A stretch of 64,000 nt of DNA from an uncultured Candidatus Saccharibacteria bacterium. Its GTDB lineage: Bacteria > Patescibacteriota > Minisyncoccia > Phycocordibacterales > UBA2100. Position 1 is the first letter of the stretch. Each line of letters opens with the position of its first letter. Positions 9,168 through 19,338 of this stretch are shown piece after piece. The notes beneath the pieces were generated by a model. The model worked only from the letters and a program-made list of their open reading frames with translations. It was not told the origin of the DNA and made no database searches. The stretch is from NCBI GenBank assembly GCA_964434285.1, contig CAYSUJ010000001.1:104703-168702 (forward strand). Direction: 5' to 3'. The position numbers and the translations under genes are program-made.

Positions 9168-9701
9168 ATGACTGTTCTTCGTGCGCTCGTTGTTGTGCTC
9201 GCTGCTTTGTCCTTTAATTGCAGTGTGCGCTCTGCAACGTTCGCTGATGAAAAAGTCACCGTTGAGGTGAAAGCTTGCGCTCCGCAACGAGGTAACGATC
9301 CAACGATCGTGACCAAGAAGGAGGTAACAGTTGAGCAGGACTGCCACCACCCTGTGTTCTCTTCGTCGGCAAAAGTGGTCGACGAAAGATATGGCGTAGA
9401 ATTTGCCGTGCAGGGCCCCTTTGGCGTGACTGACGCTCCAAAGGCCATAGAGCCCGCGCATGAGGATAAGCCTTCGACACATATCAGCTGCACCATAGCG
9501 TATCCGAAAGCGGGCGTTGTTGCTGAGTGGATCATACCCAAAGGCAAGAGTTGTGATGAGCGGGGTCAAACGTTTCGCCTGCTCAAGCCTGAAGAGCAAC
9601 TCTGCCTTATGCCGAGCGGCAAATGCATCAAGATTATTGAGCTGAAACCCGTTGGGCAGAAGCGGGCGCAGGACCTCAAAAAAAAGCTTGCTGCTCAGTA
9701 G
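9168..9701 (+). CDS. Secreted Cys-containing hypothetical protein
   Basis: Signal peptide-like N-terminus, upstream GAAGGAA SD and extended -10 TGcTATACT, downstream terminator. Confidence 0.6.
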   Translation: MTVLRALVVVLAALSFNCSVRSATFADEKVTVEVKACAPQRGNDPTIVTKKEVTVEQDCHHPVFSSSAKVVDERYGVEFAVQGPFGVTDAPKAIEPAHEDKPSTHISCTIAYPKAGVVAEWIIPKGKSCDERGQTFRLLKPEEQLCLMPSGKCIKIIELKPVGQKRAQDLKKKLAAQ

Positions 9702-9722
9702 TTCACTGCATAGGTTACTTGT

Positions 9723-9753
9723 AAGCCGCGACGCAAAGCGTCGCGGCTTTATT
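9723..9753 (+). terminator. Intrinsic terminator
   Basis: AAGCCGCGACGC-aaa-GCGTCGCGGCTTT. Confidence 0.7.
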
Positions 9754-9809
9754 AACTGTACACTGGGCGCAGTTGTACGCGCGCGGAGTTCGCGATAGGC
9801 TTTTGATAT

Positions 9810-10745
9810 ATGAACCTCAAAGTAACCCCCAAGGATTTCTTCCTCTGGGTGGGGGCGCTTGTCGCTCTCTATAGCTCAGTAACGGCCCTTATCACGCTTC
9901 TCTTCCAATACATTAACTACGCGTATCCTGACCCTCTCGAATACCATTATTTCGCAGAGCCATTCTCCGGCACTATGCGCTTTGCAATGGCGACGCTCAT
10001 CGTGCTCGTACCGCTTGCGCTCTATCTGATGCGACTCATTCGCAACGACATCGCAAATGATCCTACAAAGAGTGAACTCTGGATACGTCGCTGGGCACTC
10101 TTTCTCACCGTCTTTCTCGCGGGAGCCATCGTCATCGTTGACCTCATTACCCTCATCAATTATTTCTTGGGTGGCGATCTTACGACGCGCTTCGTCTTAA
10201 AGGTTCTCGTCGTGCTTCTTGTCGCCGGCGGAGCTTTTCTCCATTTTCTCGCGGATTTGCGTGGTTATTGGAGCGCGGAGCCCGCGCGAGCGCGCATGGT
10301 GGGTTGGGCAGCTGGTGCGCTCGTACTTGCATCTATCGTTGCGGGATTCTTCATCATGGGCACACCGGGTGAGGTGCGCCTCTCCCGCTTTGACGAGGAG
10401 AAAGTGAGCAACCTCCAGAACATCCAATACCAAATCGTCAACTACTACCAGCAAAAAGGCATGGTGCCGGCGCAGCTCTCTGATATCGAAGATCCATTGA
10501 GCGGGTGGGTTATGCCAAAAGATCCGCAGGGAGAAACATACCGCTATCAGAAAAAAGGAGAGCTTTCGTTCTCGCTTTGTGCCATTTTCAACAAGGAAAG
10601 CCGTATGCAAGAGTCTTCGATGCGCCCAACAAGTCCGTATGGCGAGCCAAAGCTCGATGAGAATTGGACACATGGCTCCGGCGAAGAATGCTTCGACCGC
10701 ACCATCGATCCCGATAGGTATCCATTGTTTGAGAAAATTCGTTAG
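9810..10745 (+). CDS. DUF5671-like multi-pass membrane protein
   Basis: Several TM helices followed by soluble domain 'RFDEEKVSNLQNIQYQIVNYYQ...FSLCAIF...GEECF'. Confidence 0.7.
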   Translation: MNLKVTPKDFFLWVGALVALYSSVTALITLLFQYINYAYPDPLEYHYFAEPFSGTMRFAMATLIVLVPLALYLMRLIRNDIANDPTKSELWIRRWALFLTVFLAGAIVIVDLITLINYFLGGDLTTRFVLKVLVVLLVAGGAFLHFLADLRGYWSAEPARARMVGWAAGALVLASIVAGFFIMGTPGEVRLSRFDEEKVSNLQNIQYQIVNYYQQKGMVPAQLSDIEDPLSGWVMPKDPQGETYRYQKKGELSFSLCAIFNKESRMQESSMRPTSPYGEPKLDENWTHGSGEECFDRTIDPDRYPLFEKIR

Positions 10746-10747
10746 AG

Positions 10748-10774
10748 AAAAGCCGCTCCCTAAGGAGCGGCTTT
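10748..10774. terminator. Bidirectional terminator-like hairpin between convergent genes
   Basis: AAAGCCGCTCC-ctaa-GGAGCGGCTTT. Confidence 0.65.
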
Positions 10775-11008
10775 CAGTGTGTTCCATTTCTGGAAACCGA
10801 TATAGAGCCAGGCAACGCCAAGCGTCAGTGCGCTGATCGCACTACTCCAGAGCTGGAGCGTTCCGAACGTGGTCGCCACAACCATCACCATGAGTCCAGT
10901 GGAAACCGAGCTCAAAAGCGGCGGCTTGTCTGTCGGGTGGCGTATCGTCGGAATCAGAGCTACGAGAAAGAACCAGTTTGCGAACGCAAGCACATAATCC
11001 TGCCACAT
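10760..11008 (-). CDS. Small 3-TM membrane protein (possibly SemiSWEET/PQ-loop-like)
   Basis: MWQDYVLAFANWFFLVALIPTIRHP...; three hydrophobic segments; strong SD GAAGGAG. Confidence 0.55.
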   Translation of the reverse strand: MWQDYVLAFANWFFLVALIPTIRHPTDKPPLLSSVSTGLMVMVVATTFGTLQLWSSAISALTLGVAWLYIGFQKWNTLKAAP

Positions 11009-11074
11009 GTGTTTCTCCTTCAGCTTTACGGCAGGAATATACCAGATTAGGAGTCCTCGTGCTATTCTCGTTCC

Positions 11075-13504
11075 ATGCGCGCGTACGACCACCAAAAGAT
11101 AGAGAAGAAGTGGCAGAAGGAGTGGGAGAAATCTGGTGTGTATCGCTCTGCCGAGGATGGCTCAAAGCCGAAGTCGTATGTGCTCGATATGTTTCCGTAC
11201 CCTTCAGGGGAGGGGCTTCATGTGGGGCATCCTAAAGGCTACATCGCAACTGATATCGTCTCTCGCATGGCACGTATGCAGGGAAAGAATGTGCTGCATC
11301 CTATGGGCTGGGACGCGTTCGGTCTGCCCGCAGAAAACTACGCGATCAAGAACAAAGTGCACCCACGAAAAGCAGTAGAAAAGAATGTTGCGCGTTTCAA
11401 AGAGCAACTCCAGAAGATCGGCTTAGATTACGACTGGAGTAGGGAAATAAACACGACCGATCCTGAATATTACAAATGGACGCAGTGGATTTTCTTGAAG
11501 CTCTACGAAAAAGGGCTCGCGTATCAATCATTCGAGCCGATCAACTGGTGTCCATCGTGTCAGACGGGGCTCGCAAACGAAGACCTCGACGGGAATGTGT
11601 GCGAGCGCTGTGGCACCATCGTCGAAAAACGCCCGATGCGTCAGTGGACACTCAAGATCACCGATTATGCCGAGCGACTCCTCAAAGATCTCGATCTACT
11701 CCCCGAGTGGCAAGAGCACATTAGGGAATCTCAACGAAATTGGATAGGGAAAAGCGAGGGGGCTGAGATTGATTTTCAGCTGACTGGCGGCGGAGCAGTA
11801 AAAGTTTTTACCACACGTCCTGACACGCTTTTTGGTGCGACGTACGTGGTCATTGCACCAGAACATCCTATTCTCAAAGAATTGCAGTCGCGCGTCACTA
11901 TCCTCGACGAAGTTGTCGCGTATGCAAAACAGGCTGCAGAAAAAACGGAAATAGAGCGAACCGCCGAGGGTAAAGAAAAAACCGGCGTAAAGCTTGAAGG
12001 CGTCTCCGCCATAAATCCCGCAACAAAAGAAGAGATTCCCATTTTTGTTGCCGACTACGTCCTCGCCCACCACGGCACCGGCGCCATCATGGCAGTCCCA
12101 GCGCACGACGAACGCGATTTTGCATTCGCGAGGAAATTCAATCTACCTGTTAAGGTCGTGATAGCACCCGATTTCATAATGGCCTCGGGAAGTAAATATG
12201 ATGCTTCTCACCTTGATGATGAATACACTTCTGGTACTCGCTGCTGGACGAATGACGGCTACGTTCGTGACTCTGAACATTTTACAGGGATGAAATCGGC
12301 TGAAGCCCGAAGTGCAATTACCGAGAAGTTCGGTACGAAGAAAACCACCTACAAACTACGCGACTGGGTTTTTTCCCGACAACGGTACTGGGGAGAACCA
12401 ATTCCTATTGTGCATTGCGAGAAATGCGGCGTTGTGCCGGTGCCTGAGAGCGAGCTCCCTGTAAAGTTGCCAGAAGTGGAACACTACGAGCCGACGGGGA
12501 CGGGGGAATCACCACTCGCTGCAATTGATTCATGGGTGAATACCACATGCCCCAAGTGTGGTGGTGCGGCAAAGCGCGAGACGAACACCATGCCGCAGTG
12601 GGCGGGCTCGAGCTGGTATTACCTTCGCTATATGGATCCAAAGAATGATGCGGCGCTCGTCGACTCCGCGAAAGAAAAATACTGGGCACCCGTTGATGTG
12701 TATGTGGGTGGAGCAGAACACGCAACACGTCACCTTATTTACGCGCGCTTTTGGCACAAATTCTTGCAGGACATCGGCGTGGTTTCTATGCCAGAGCCTT
12801 TCACGCGTCTGATTTCAGTGGGGCTTATTCAGGCAGAAGATGGCCGTAAGATGTCCAAGCGCTTCGGCAACGTCATCAACCCTGACGACATCGTGGAAAC
12901 CTACGGCGCTGATACGCTGCGCATCTATGAGATGTTCATGGGGCCATTTTCGGACGCGATTGCATGGAAGACGTCCTCACTCATCGGTGCGCGCCGATTC
13001 TTAGAGCGCGTGTGGCGATTGCAGGAATCGTTCGTCACCGATTTAAACGCAGAAACGGAGCGCGCACTTCATCAAACCATCAAGAAGGTGGGCGAGGATA
13101 TCCAGAATTTCAAATTCAACACGGCAATCAGCCAGATGATGATTTTTGTGAACGAAGCAGAAAAATCTGGAATCACAAAGGAACAATATCAAGCCTTCAT
13201 TACACTCCTCTCGCCCTTTGCGCCGCACATTGCGGAAGACATTTGGCACGAACTAGGGAACGAAGGTTCCGTGCATGTCGCCCCATGGCCTCAGTATGAT
13301 GATAGTAGGTTGCTTGCAAACGAAGTCACTATCGTCGTCCAAGTGAACGGCAAAGCACGTGCCACGCTCAATCTCGCACGCGATTCTGCAAAAGAAGCTG
13401 TCGAAAAAGCTGCTCAAGAAGCCGCCACAAAATGGCTTGAAGGCAAGACTCCAAGCAAAGTTATTTTCGTACCAAATCGCCTCTTGAATCTTGTAATTGC
13501 ATAA
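11075..13504 (+). CDS. leuS: Leucine--tRNA ligase
   Basis: MFPYPSGEGLHVGH, KMSK motif, editing domain TTRPDT. Confidence 0.97.
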   Translation: MRAYDHQKIEKKWQKEWEKSGVYRSAEDGSKPKSYVLDMFPYPSGEGLHVGHPKGYIATDIVSRMARMQGKNVLHPMGWDAFGLPAENYAIKNKVHPRKAVEKNVARFKEQLQKIGLDYDWSREINTTDPEYYKWTQWIFLKLYEKGLAYQSFEPINWCPSCQTGLANEDLDGNVCERCGTIVEKRPMRQWTLKITDYAERLLKDLDLLPEWQEHIRESQRNWIGKSEGAEIDFQLTGGGAVKVFTTRPDTLFGATYVVIAPEHPILKELQSRVTILDEVVAYAKQAAEKTEIERTAEGKEKTGVKLEGVSAINPATKEEIPIFVADYVLAHHGTGAIMAVPAHDERDFAFARKFNLPVKVVIAPDFIMASGSKYDASHLDDEYTSGTRCWTNDGYVRDSEHFTGMKSAEARSAITEKFGTKKTTYKLRDWVFSRQRYWGEPIPIVHCEKCGVVPVPESELPVKLPEVEHYEPTGTGESPLAAIDSWVNTTCPKCGGAAKRETNTMPQWAGSSWYYLRYMDPKNDAALVDSAKEKYWAPVDVYVGGAEHATRHLIYARFWHKFLQDIGVVSMPEPFTRLISVGLIQAEDGRKMSKRFGNVINPDDIVETYGADTLRIYEMFMGPFSDAIAWKTSSLIGARRFLERVWRLQESFVTDLNAETERALHQTIKKVGEDIQNFKFNTAISQMMIFVNEAEKSGITKEQYQAFITLLSPFAPHIAEDIWHELGNEGSVHVAPWPQYDDSRLLANEVTIVVQVNGKARATLNLARDSAKEAVEKAAQEAATKWLEGKTPSKVIFVPNRLLNLVIA

Positions 13505-13571
13505 TTAGTGTAACGTGGCATAATATTAACTAACCCTGCGGGTTGTCTGCGGGAATGAAGGAGAAGAACTC

Positions 13572-13697
13572 ATGTTCATGGCAAAAGCGGTCGTCCTTGC
13601 ATTGGGTTTGCTCGCTACCTTAGTGATTTGGACCGAGTGGTCTCAACTCAGAGAGCCCAAGGAGACGCCGGCATCCACCATCAGTCTGGTGCGATAA
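13572..13697 (+). CDS. 41-aa single-TM small protein (not in ORF track)
   Basis: MFMAKAVVLALGLLATLVIWTEWSQLREPKETPASTISLVR*, preceded by AAGGAG SD and a -10-like CATAAT. Confidence 0.5.
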   Translation: MFMAKAVVLALGLLATLVIWTEWSQLREPKETPASTISLVR

Positions 13698-13727
13698 ATT
13701 TTCTCGCCCCAAGCGCCTGACCTCACG

Positions 13728-15167
13728 TCAGGCGCTTGTCTTTCTCACTACGCGAGGGCCTGTAGCGGTATCTTCAATGACATAGCCCGCCAATTCGATT
13801 TCTTTACGTGCGGCGTCGGCGTCATCCCATTTCTTTTCTTTTCGCGCTTCCTCACGCTTCATAAGAAGTTCCTGAATGTTTCCTGGAACTGCCTCTTCCG
13901 CAATGACGACACCAAATTCTGTTTCCCACAGTTTCCGCGCTTGGGTATCTTCACCTGCAAGATTAAGTCCGAGCACCTGGTCAAAGTCCACAAGACCCGC
14001 ACGCAGATTTTTTGGCGCGAGCGACGAATCTTTCGTCATCTCCCAAAGAATTGCGAGTGCGCCTGGCGTATCGAGGTCGTGTGCAATTTTTTCAGTGAAG
14101 CGGTGTTTGTAATCCTCAGGAACCGAGCCTCCTTCGGGAAGGGTGTCGACAAATCTGCGTAGTTTGAGGAATGCTGTTTGTGCAGACGTGAGCGCTTCCC
14201 AGGTAAACGAGGCAGGCTGACGATAGTGCGCGCCGAGAAGAAGATAGCGGAATGCGAGCGGGTGGAATCCTTTTTCGATAACGTCGGTGAGATAGACGAC
14301 ATTGCCCTCAGACTTTGCCATCTTTCCGCCGTCGAGCTGGAGATGCGCGCGATGCATCCAGAAGCGTGCAAACGGACGCTTCCCGCTCGCACTCTCTGAC
14401 TGCGCGATCTCGTTGTTGTGATGCACGGGGATATGCTCGATGCCGCCCGTATGGATGTCTATCTGCTCTCCGAGGAGCTCTTTGCTCATCGCCGAACATT
14501 CGATATGCCATCCTGGAAATCCTTTTCCCCAGGGCGAGTCCCACCCGATCTTCTCATCGTTCTTCCAGAGCACGAAGTCAGTCGGATTCTTCTTCTCCTC
14601 ATTCGTCGCGACACGGACGCCTTCCTTCAAAGCGTCGAGTTTAATGTTGCCCAGCGCGCCATATGCAGGGAAGCGAGAGGTATCGAAATACACGGCTTTC
14701 GCTCCGACATACGCAAAGCCTTTTTTTTGAAGCGTTTTGATCATCTCAATCTGCTCTGGCACGTACGCGGAGGCTCGTGGAAATTGTGTGCTCTCAGTGC
14801 GGATATTAAGTGTTGCGAGATCATGCAAAAAAATCGTCGCATACTTCTCAGCGAGCGTATGCATATTTTCAAGCGTGGGCGAGAGCCCCTCCTGCTTCAG
14901 CCCCTTCATCATCTTGTCGTCGCCCTCGTCCGCGTCCGATGTAAGATGGCCGAAATCGGTGATATTGATGACCTGCTTAACTGAGTAGCCTGCGTATTCA
15001 AGTGTCCGACGGAGTATGTCGGTAAAGACAAACATCGAAAGGTTGCCGATGTGTTGCACTCCATACACCGTCGGCCCGCAGTGGTACATTTTCACCTCTT
15101 GCCCCTGTAAACCAAGAGGCTCTTCTTTTTTAGAGAGCGTGTTATGGAGCACAATCTCACTTTTCAT
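13728..15167 (-). CDS. cysS: Cysteine--tRNA ligase
   Basis: CGPTVY, HIGN, PGWHIECSAM, KMAKS. Confidence 0.96.
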   Translation of the reverse strand: MKSEIVLHNTLSKKEEPLGLQGQEVKMYHCGPTVYGVQHIGNLSMFVFTDILRRTLEYAGYSVKQVINITDFGHLTSDADEGDDKMMKGLKQEGLSPTLENMHTLAEKYATIFLHDLATLNIRTESTQFPRASAYVPEQIEMIKTLQKKGFAYVGAKAVYFDTSRFPAYGALGNIKLDALKEGVRVATNEEKKNPTDFVLWKNDEKIGWDSPWGKGFPGWHIECSAMSKELLGEQIDIHTGGIEHIPVHHNNEIAQSESASGKRPFARFWMHRAHLQLDGGKMAKSEGNVVYLTDVIEKGFHPLAFRYLLLGAHYRQPASFTWEALTSAQTAFLKLRRFVDTLPEGGSVPEDYKHRFTEKIAHDLDTPGALAILWEMTKDSSLAPKNLRAGLVDFDQVLGLNLAGEDTQARKLWETEFGVVIAEEAVPGNIQELLMKREEARKEKKWDDADAARKEIELAGYVIEDTATGPRVVRKTSA

Positions 15168-15182
15168 AACAGCCATCCTATC

Positions 15183-15215
15183 AGCTAGAAGCTAGAAGCT
15201 CAAAACTAGAAGCTA
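15183..15215. repeat. Heptamer tandem repeat (AGCTAGA)x~4.5
   Basis: agctaga agctaga agctcaa aactaga agcta. Confidence 0.7.
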
Positions 15216-16904
15216 TTGCTTTGGGTGTTCGTGTCCGGCAGAGACGCGCAACATGAGGTCATCGAGATGCTCAGAGCGTAATATTTCATACTTATCGCGA
15301 TTACTCTTAAAACGAAGGACAATCTCAGCCGCGTGTTTACTGCCCAAAAAGTGGGGAAGTACGACGTAATCGACACCGCCCTCGTAGTGACCGATGGCGT
15401 CCGTCACGCGATGAGCAACGACGATAACCACAGCCTCGGGGGAGGCGGCGCGCACGGTTTGGTGGAGAAGGGAATTCACTTCTGGGTCGGGAACAGTCGA
15501 GAGCACCAGCTCGACGCGTGAGAAATCTATCGTCTCGAGGAAATCGAGATCTCCTGCGTCGCCATAAAGCGCTGGGATGCCGCGCGCCTTGAGTTCCGCG
15601 ATACGATCGGGATCGTGGTCAACGACGAGAAACGGACGATCAAACTTTTCAAGCACGTGCAGGAAATCGTGGCCAATGCGGTTGCATCCAAAAAGCACAA
15701 TCTCGCTATGCTTCACGCGCATACGCGGTTCGCGCGCGTTTGCGCGCTCAAATATTGAGAGTAGAGGCGAGATGCGTTTGTAGATGCTGTCCGAATAGAG
15801 TACGAGATACGTCGAGCCGAAAATCGTGATGAGCCCAACAAGAGTCACGAGTGAGAGATGCTCTTGTGTGAGGTGCCCGAGGGAAACGCCGAGCGCCATA
15901 AGAATGAGCGAGAATTCGCTAATTTGTGCCACCGTGAAGCCCGTCTGAAGCGAAGTCTTCTTCTTGTAGCCCATAAAGCCGAGGATCGCCATGAGAATGA
16001 GAGGATTCCCAACGAGGACGAGTGCCGAGAGGACGAGGGCCGGCACAATCAATTCGTGCAGATTACCGAGTTGTAGCTCGGCGCCAAGATAAATGAAGAA
16101 GATGACTATAAAGAAATCGCGGAGCGGTGAGAGGCGTGCGCTGATTTCTAGTCGTGCCGGGATTGCAGCAAGCGCGACGCCGGCAATGAGAGCACCGCTC
16201 TCAAGCGAAAATCCAATTTCATAAAAGAGTGCCGCAATGCCGATGCCCCAGGCGAGCGCAAAAAGGAAAAGAAATTCCGGCGATTTCGCGATGTAGGTGT
16301 TTACGCGCGGCAGAATGAAGCGTGCAACAAGAATGATTGCCGCAATAAGTACAAGGCCAAGACCGAGGAGCTTCACAATACTGACGTAAGAAGCGTCGGA
16401 TGTGAAAAGAGGGATGGCAAAAAGGAGACCGACGGCGATCAAATCCTGCACAAGCAAGAATCCGATAGCAATTTTTGCGTAGAGTGTCTCCAGGTCTCCT
16501 TTGTCCGAGATCAGCTTCATGATGATGATCGTGGAGGAAAAGGCAAGTGCTATCGCGATATACATGGATGGCAGAAGTGGTAAGCCAAGTGCTACACACA
16601 CCCAATATCCGGCGAGTGTCGTAATCACCACCTGCCCAATGCCGGTAATCAGGGAAACGCGTCCGAATTTCTTGATGATGGAAGGATCAAGATGAAGTCC
16701 GACGGTAAAGAGCAAAATGGCGACACCGATCTGTCCCAAAAGCGCCAGCGTTTCCTCAGAGTGGATGAGATTAAAGACAAACGGCCCCGCGATGAGTCCG
16801 GTCAGAATGTGTCCAATAATGAGTGGCTGGCGCAAAAGGCGCATCACGAGTGCGACCCCGGTCGCAAGCACGACCAGCACACTTAATTCAGAAAAAAGTC
16901 CCAT
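15213..16904 (-). CDS. Kef-type CPA2 cation:proton antiporter with TrkA-N domain
   Basis: Multi-TM 'FSSTIIIMKL', 'LVQDL'; C-terminal 'GCNRIG...YGDA'. Confidence 0.9.
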   Translation of the reverse strand: MGLFSELSVLVVLATGVALVMRLLRQPLIIGHILTGLIAGPFVFNLIHSEETLALLGQIGVAILLFTVGLHLDPSIIKKFGRVSLITGIGQVVITTLAGYWVCVALGLPLLPSMYIAIALAFSSTIIIMKLISDKGDLETLYAKIAIGFLLVQDLIAVGLLFAIPLFTSDASYVSIVKLLGLGLVLIAAIILVARFILPRVNTYIAKSPEFLFLFALAWGIGIAALFYEIGFSLESGALIAGVALAAIPARLEISARLSPLRDFFIVIFFIYLGAELQLGNLHELIVPALVLSALVLVGNPLILMAILGFMGYKKKTSLQTGFTVAQISEFSLILMALGVSLGHLTQEHLSLVTLVGLITIFGSTYLVLYSDSIYKRISPLLSIFERANAREPRMRVKHSEIVLFGCNRIGHDFLHVLEKFDRPFLVVDHDPDRIAELKARGIPALYGDAGDLDFLETIDFSRVELVLSTVPDPEVNSLLHQTVRAASPEAVVIVVAHRVTDAIGHYEGGVDYVVLPHFLGSKHAAEIVLRFKSNRDKYEILRSEHLDDLMLRVSAGHEHPKQ

Positions 16905-16968
16905 GGAGTAGGGAAAGTGTAGCATGTGCGATTTGGCAGAGGTTAGCGTGGTGTGCGATACTGGCGGA

Positions 16969-18216
16969 ATGCAAGAACAGAGCAAAGCCGCGCTCATCAT
17001 TGGATCTACATTCCTATTGGGTGTCGGCTTTTGGGGCGGCTACCTCACGGCGAATCGCGCCAGCATGCCTGCGGCAATCGTGCAGGCCCTCGGAGGTGAG
17101 GCTCCGCCCGAGGGAGTTGATCTCACGCCGGTATGGCGGGCATGGCAAGTGATTGATGAGCGATTTGTTCCAGCGTCCGTGCCGCCAGTCGACGCTTCTT
17201 CAACAGCACCAGTTCCCGTCGGCACTCCCGAAGAGCGTCGTGTGTACGGCATGATTCAAGGTCTTGCCGATTCTCTTGGAGATCCCTACACGTTCTATCT
17301 GCCACCCGTGGAGCAGAAGCAATTTGAGGAAGATCTCTCGGGTAATTTTGAGGGCGTGGGCATGGAAATTGCCATTCGCGATGAAGTTTTGACCGTCGTT
17401 GCGCCACTCAAGGGAACACCCGCTGAACGCGCAGGGCTCAAACCAAACGATCGTGTGCTCAAAATCAACGACGTCGAAACGCGGGGTATGGATATCACCA
17501 CCGCCGTGAGCCGCATCCGCGGCCCGAAGGGGAGTGAGGTAACACTTCTCGTTGTGCGCGAGGGCTGGGAAGGGCCACGTGATATCAAGGTCATGCGCGA
17601 TGTCATCAATATCCCCATTCTTGAAACAGAAACGAAGGATGACGTCTTCGTGATCTCACTTCACAATTTCACTGCAAATTCGCCGATGTTGTTCCGTGAT
17701 GCGCTTCGTGCATTTGTGGAATCCGGAAAAAATAAACTCATTCTCGATTTGCGTGGAAACCCGGGCGGATATCTCGAAGCTTCTGTTGACATGGCGAGCT
17801 GGTTCTTGCCATCGGGAAAAGTGGTGGTGACTGAAGATTATGGTGGCAATCGCGACAACGTGCACCACCGCAGCCGCGGCTACAATGTCTTTAATGAGAA
17901 TCTCAAGATGGTGATTCTCGTCGACAAAGGCTCGGCCTCTGCTTCCGAGATTCTCGCGGGCGCACTTCGTCATCATGGCGTGGCAAAGCTCGTAGGAACG
18001 ACGACTTTTGGCAAAGGTTCGGTGCAAGAACTCGTGCCGATCACGGAACTCACGGGTTTGAAGATCACCGTCGCGCGTTGGCTCATGCCGGGCGGCGATC
18101 AGATTCCGCACGACGGCATCGTGCCAGACACGGAAGTGAAAGTGGAAGAAAAAGATGTTGAAGAAGGCAAAGATCGCCAAATGGAAAAAGCACTCGAATT
18201 AGTGCGAGGCATGTAG
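16969..18216 (+). CDS. S41 carboxy-terminal processing protease (PDZ)
   Basis: DLRGNPGG, SASASEI, TTFGKGSVQ; start taken at MQEQ after a -10 box. Confidence 0.92.
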   Translation: MQEQSKAALIIGSTFLLGVGFWGGYLTANRASMPAAIVQALGGEAPPEGVDLTPVWRAWQVIDERFVPASVPPVDASSTAPVPVGTPEERRVYGMIQGLADSLGDPYTFYLPPVEQKQFEEDLSGNFEGVGMEIAIRDEVLTVVAPLKGTPAERAGLKPNDRVLKINDVETRGMDITTAVSRIRGPKGSEVTLLVVREGWEGPRDIKVMRDVINIPILETETKDDVFVISLHNFTANSPMLFRDALRAFVESGKNKLILDLRGNPGGYLEASVDMASWFLPSGKVVVTEDYGGNRDNVHHRSRGYNVFNENLKMVILVDKGSASASEILAGALRHHGVAKLVGTTTFGKGSVQELVPITELTGLKITVARWLMPGGDQIPHDGIVPDTEVKVEEKDVEEGKDRQMEKALELVRGM

Positions 18217-18219
18217 CGT

Positions 18220-18573
18220 ATGGGTATTGAAATTCTCGAGAAACCAGTGACGCGCACGGAGCTTGCAGATAAAGCAAGAGAGATTTTTGGTGAGATGCTA
18301 AAAGCCGTTGTCGATGTTGAACAACAAGTCATTGCTATCGGGCCTGAATTGCACGCCGATGCGCAAACATTCCTCATTGAGAAGGCCGGATCTTCCGGCA
18401 TGCACACATGGGGAATCAACCTATATCCAGGAGACGCTGGGGAGGGCTTTATCGAATATGATTCTTTGGTAAACCTCAAGCCTGCGATCGGAAACAGAAC
18501 GCGCGATGTTGAAAATCCGGAGACGCGCGAAAAGATACGCGCGATTGTACAAAAGTTTGTGACGGATTTCTGA
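18220..18573 (+). CDS. DUF5674-like protein
   Basis: 'KAVVDVE...ELHADA...WGINLYP...IEYDSLVNLKP'. Confidence 0.7.
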   Translation: MGIEILEKPVTRTELADKAREIFGEMLKAVVDVEQQVIAIGPELHADAQTFLIEKAGSSGMHTWGINLYPGDAGEGFIEYDSLVNLKPAIGNRTRDVENPETREKIRAIVQKFVTDF

Positions 18574-18574
18574 T

Positions 18575-18898
18575 ATGCATCAAGAATTGGCACAGGGTCG
18601 TTGGCACACACTTTCTCTCGCCTCGCAGATGGCGCACATCGGCAGTGAGGTTTCTCGTATGGTGCGCGCACAGAACGAAGAGCGTCGCATGCAGGCGTTT
18701 ACGCGAGGGCTTGAGCTTTTCGACCTTACACTCGCGGACGTTCGCTGGAAGGGGAGGCATACAGAACTAGCGCGTGCGCGTGAGACTCTCTGCGACGGTA
18801 TGTTCGGGGGAAAAGAATATGGCACAGATATCCGTGTTTTCCAGCGTTATTTTGACCAGTTTGCACTTGCACAGAGTGCAGGCATAATAGGGAAATGA
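18575..18898 (+). CDS. Hypothetical helical protein, partner of the DUF5674-like gene
   Basis: 'GRWHTLSLASQMAHIGSEVSR...ELARARE'; tightly packed with neighbours. Confidence 0.65.
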   Translation: MHQELAQGRWHTLSLASQMAHIGSEVSRMVRAQNEERRMQAFTRGLELFDLTLADVRWKGRHTELARARETLCDGMFGGKEYGTDIRVFQRYFDQFALAQSAGIIGK

Positions 18899-19338
18899 AA
18901 GTCATTCTCCTTCGTGACGTGCCGGGCGTTGGGCAGAAGGGAAGTGTGAAAGATGTTGCGGACGGTTACGCGTTAAACATGCTATTCCCCAAGAAATTAG
19001 CAGAGGCGGCTACCGTTGAAAAACTTGCTGCTCACACAAAAGCACAGGCGGATGCAAAAGCTGCGCACGCAGCCGAAGATGCTGAGGGACGTTCACTGGC
19101 CAAACGTGTGGAGGGCATGACGATCAATCTAAACGCACCCGGCAATGAACAGGGCCACCTGTATCAAAAAGTTTCAGTGGAAGAAATTGCCGCTATGCTC
19201 GCACTCCAAGCGGGCATCCGTGTTGAGGCAAAGAATCTCCATCCCAAAATGCCTATCAAACAATCCGGCGAGTGGCCGGTTGAATTAAGCGTTGGAGGAC
19301 ACCGTGCGACGTTTGTCGTCGCGGTGGTTGTTAGTTAG
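18895..19338 (+). CDS. rplI: 50S ribosomal protein L9
   Basis: [32 protein letters not shown]. Confidence 0.95.
   Translation: MKVILLRDVPGVGQKGSVKDVADGYALNMLFPKKLAEAATVEKLAAHTKAQADAKAAHAAEDAEGRSLAKRVEGMTINLNAPGNEQGHLYQKVSVEEIAAMLALQAGIRVEAKNLHPKMPIKQSGEWPVELSVGGHRATFVVAVVVS

Noticed and set aside
9723-9750. c-di-GMP-I riboswitch (GACGCAAAGC word)
   Set aside because: The word lies in a perfect terminator stem after a gene; the P1 and tetraloop/receptor elements are missing.
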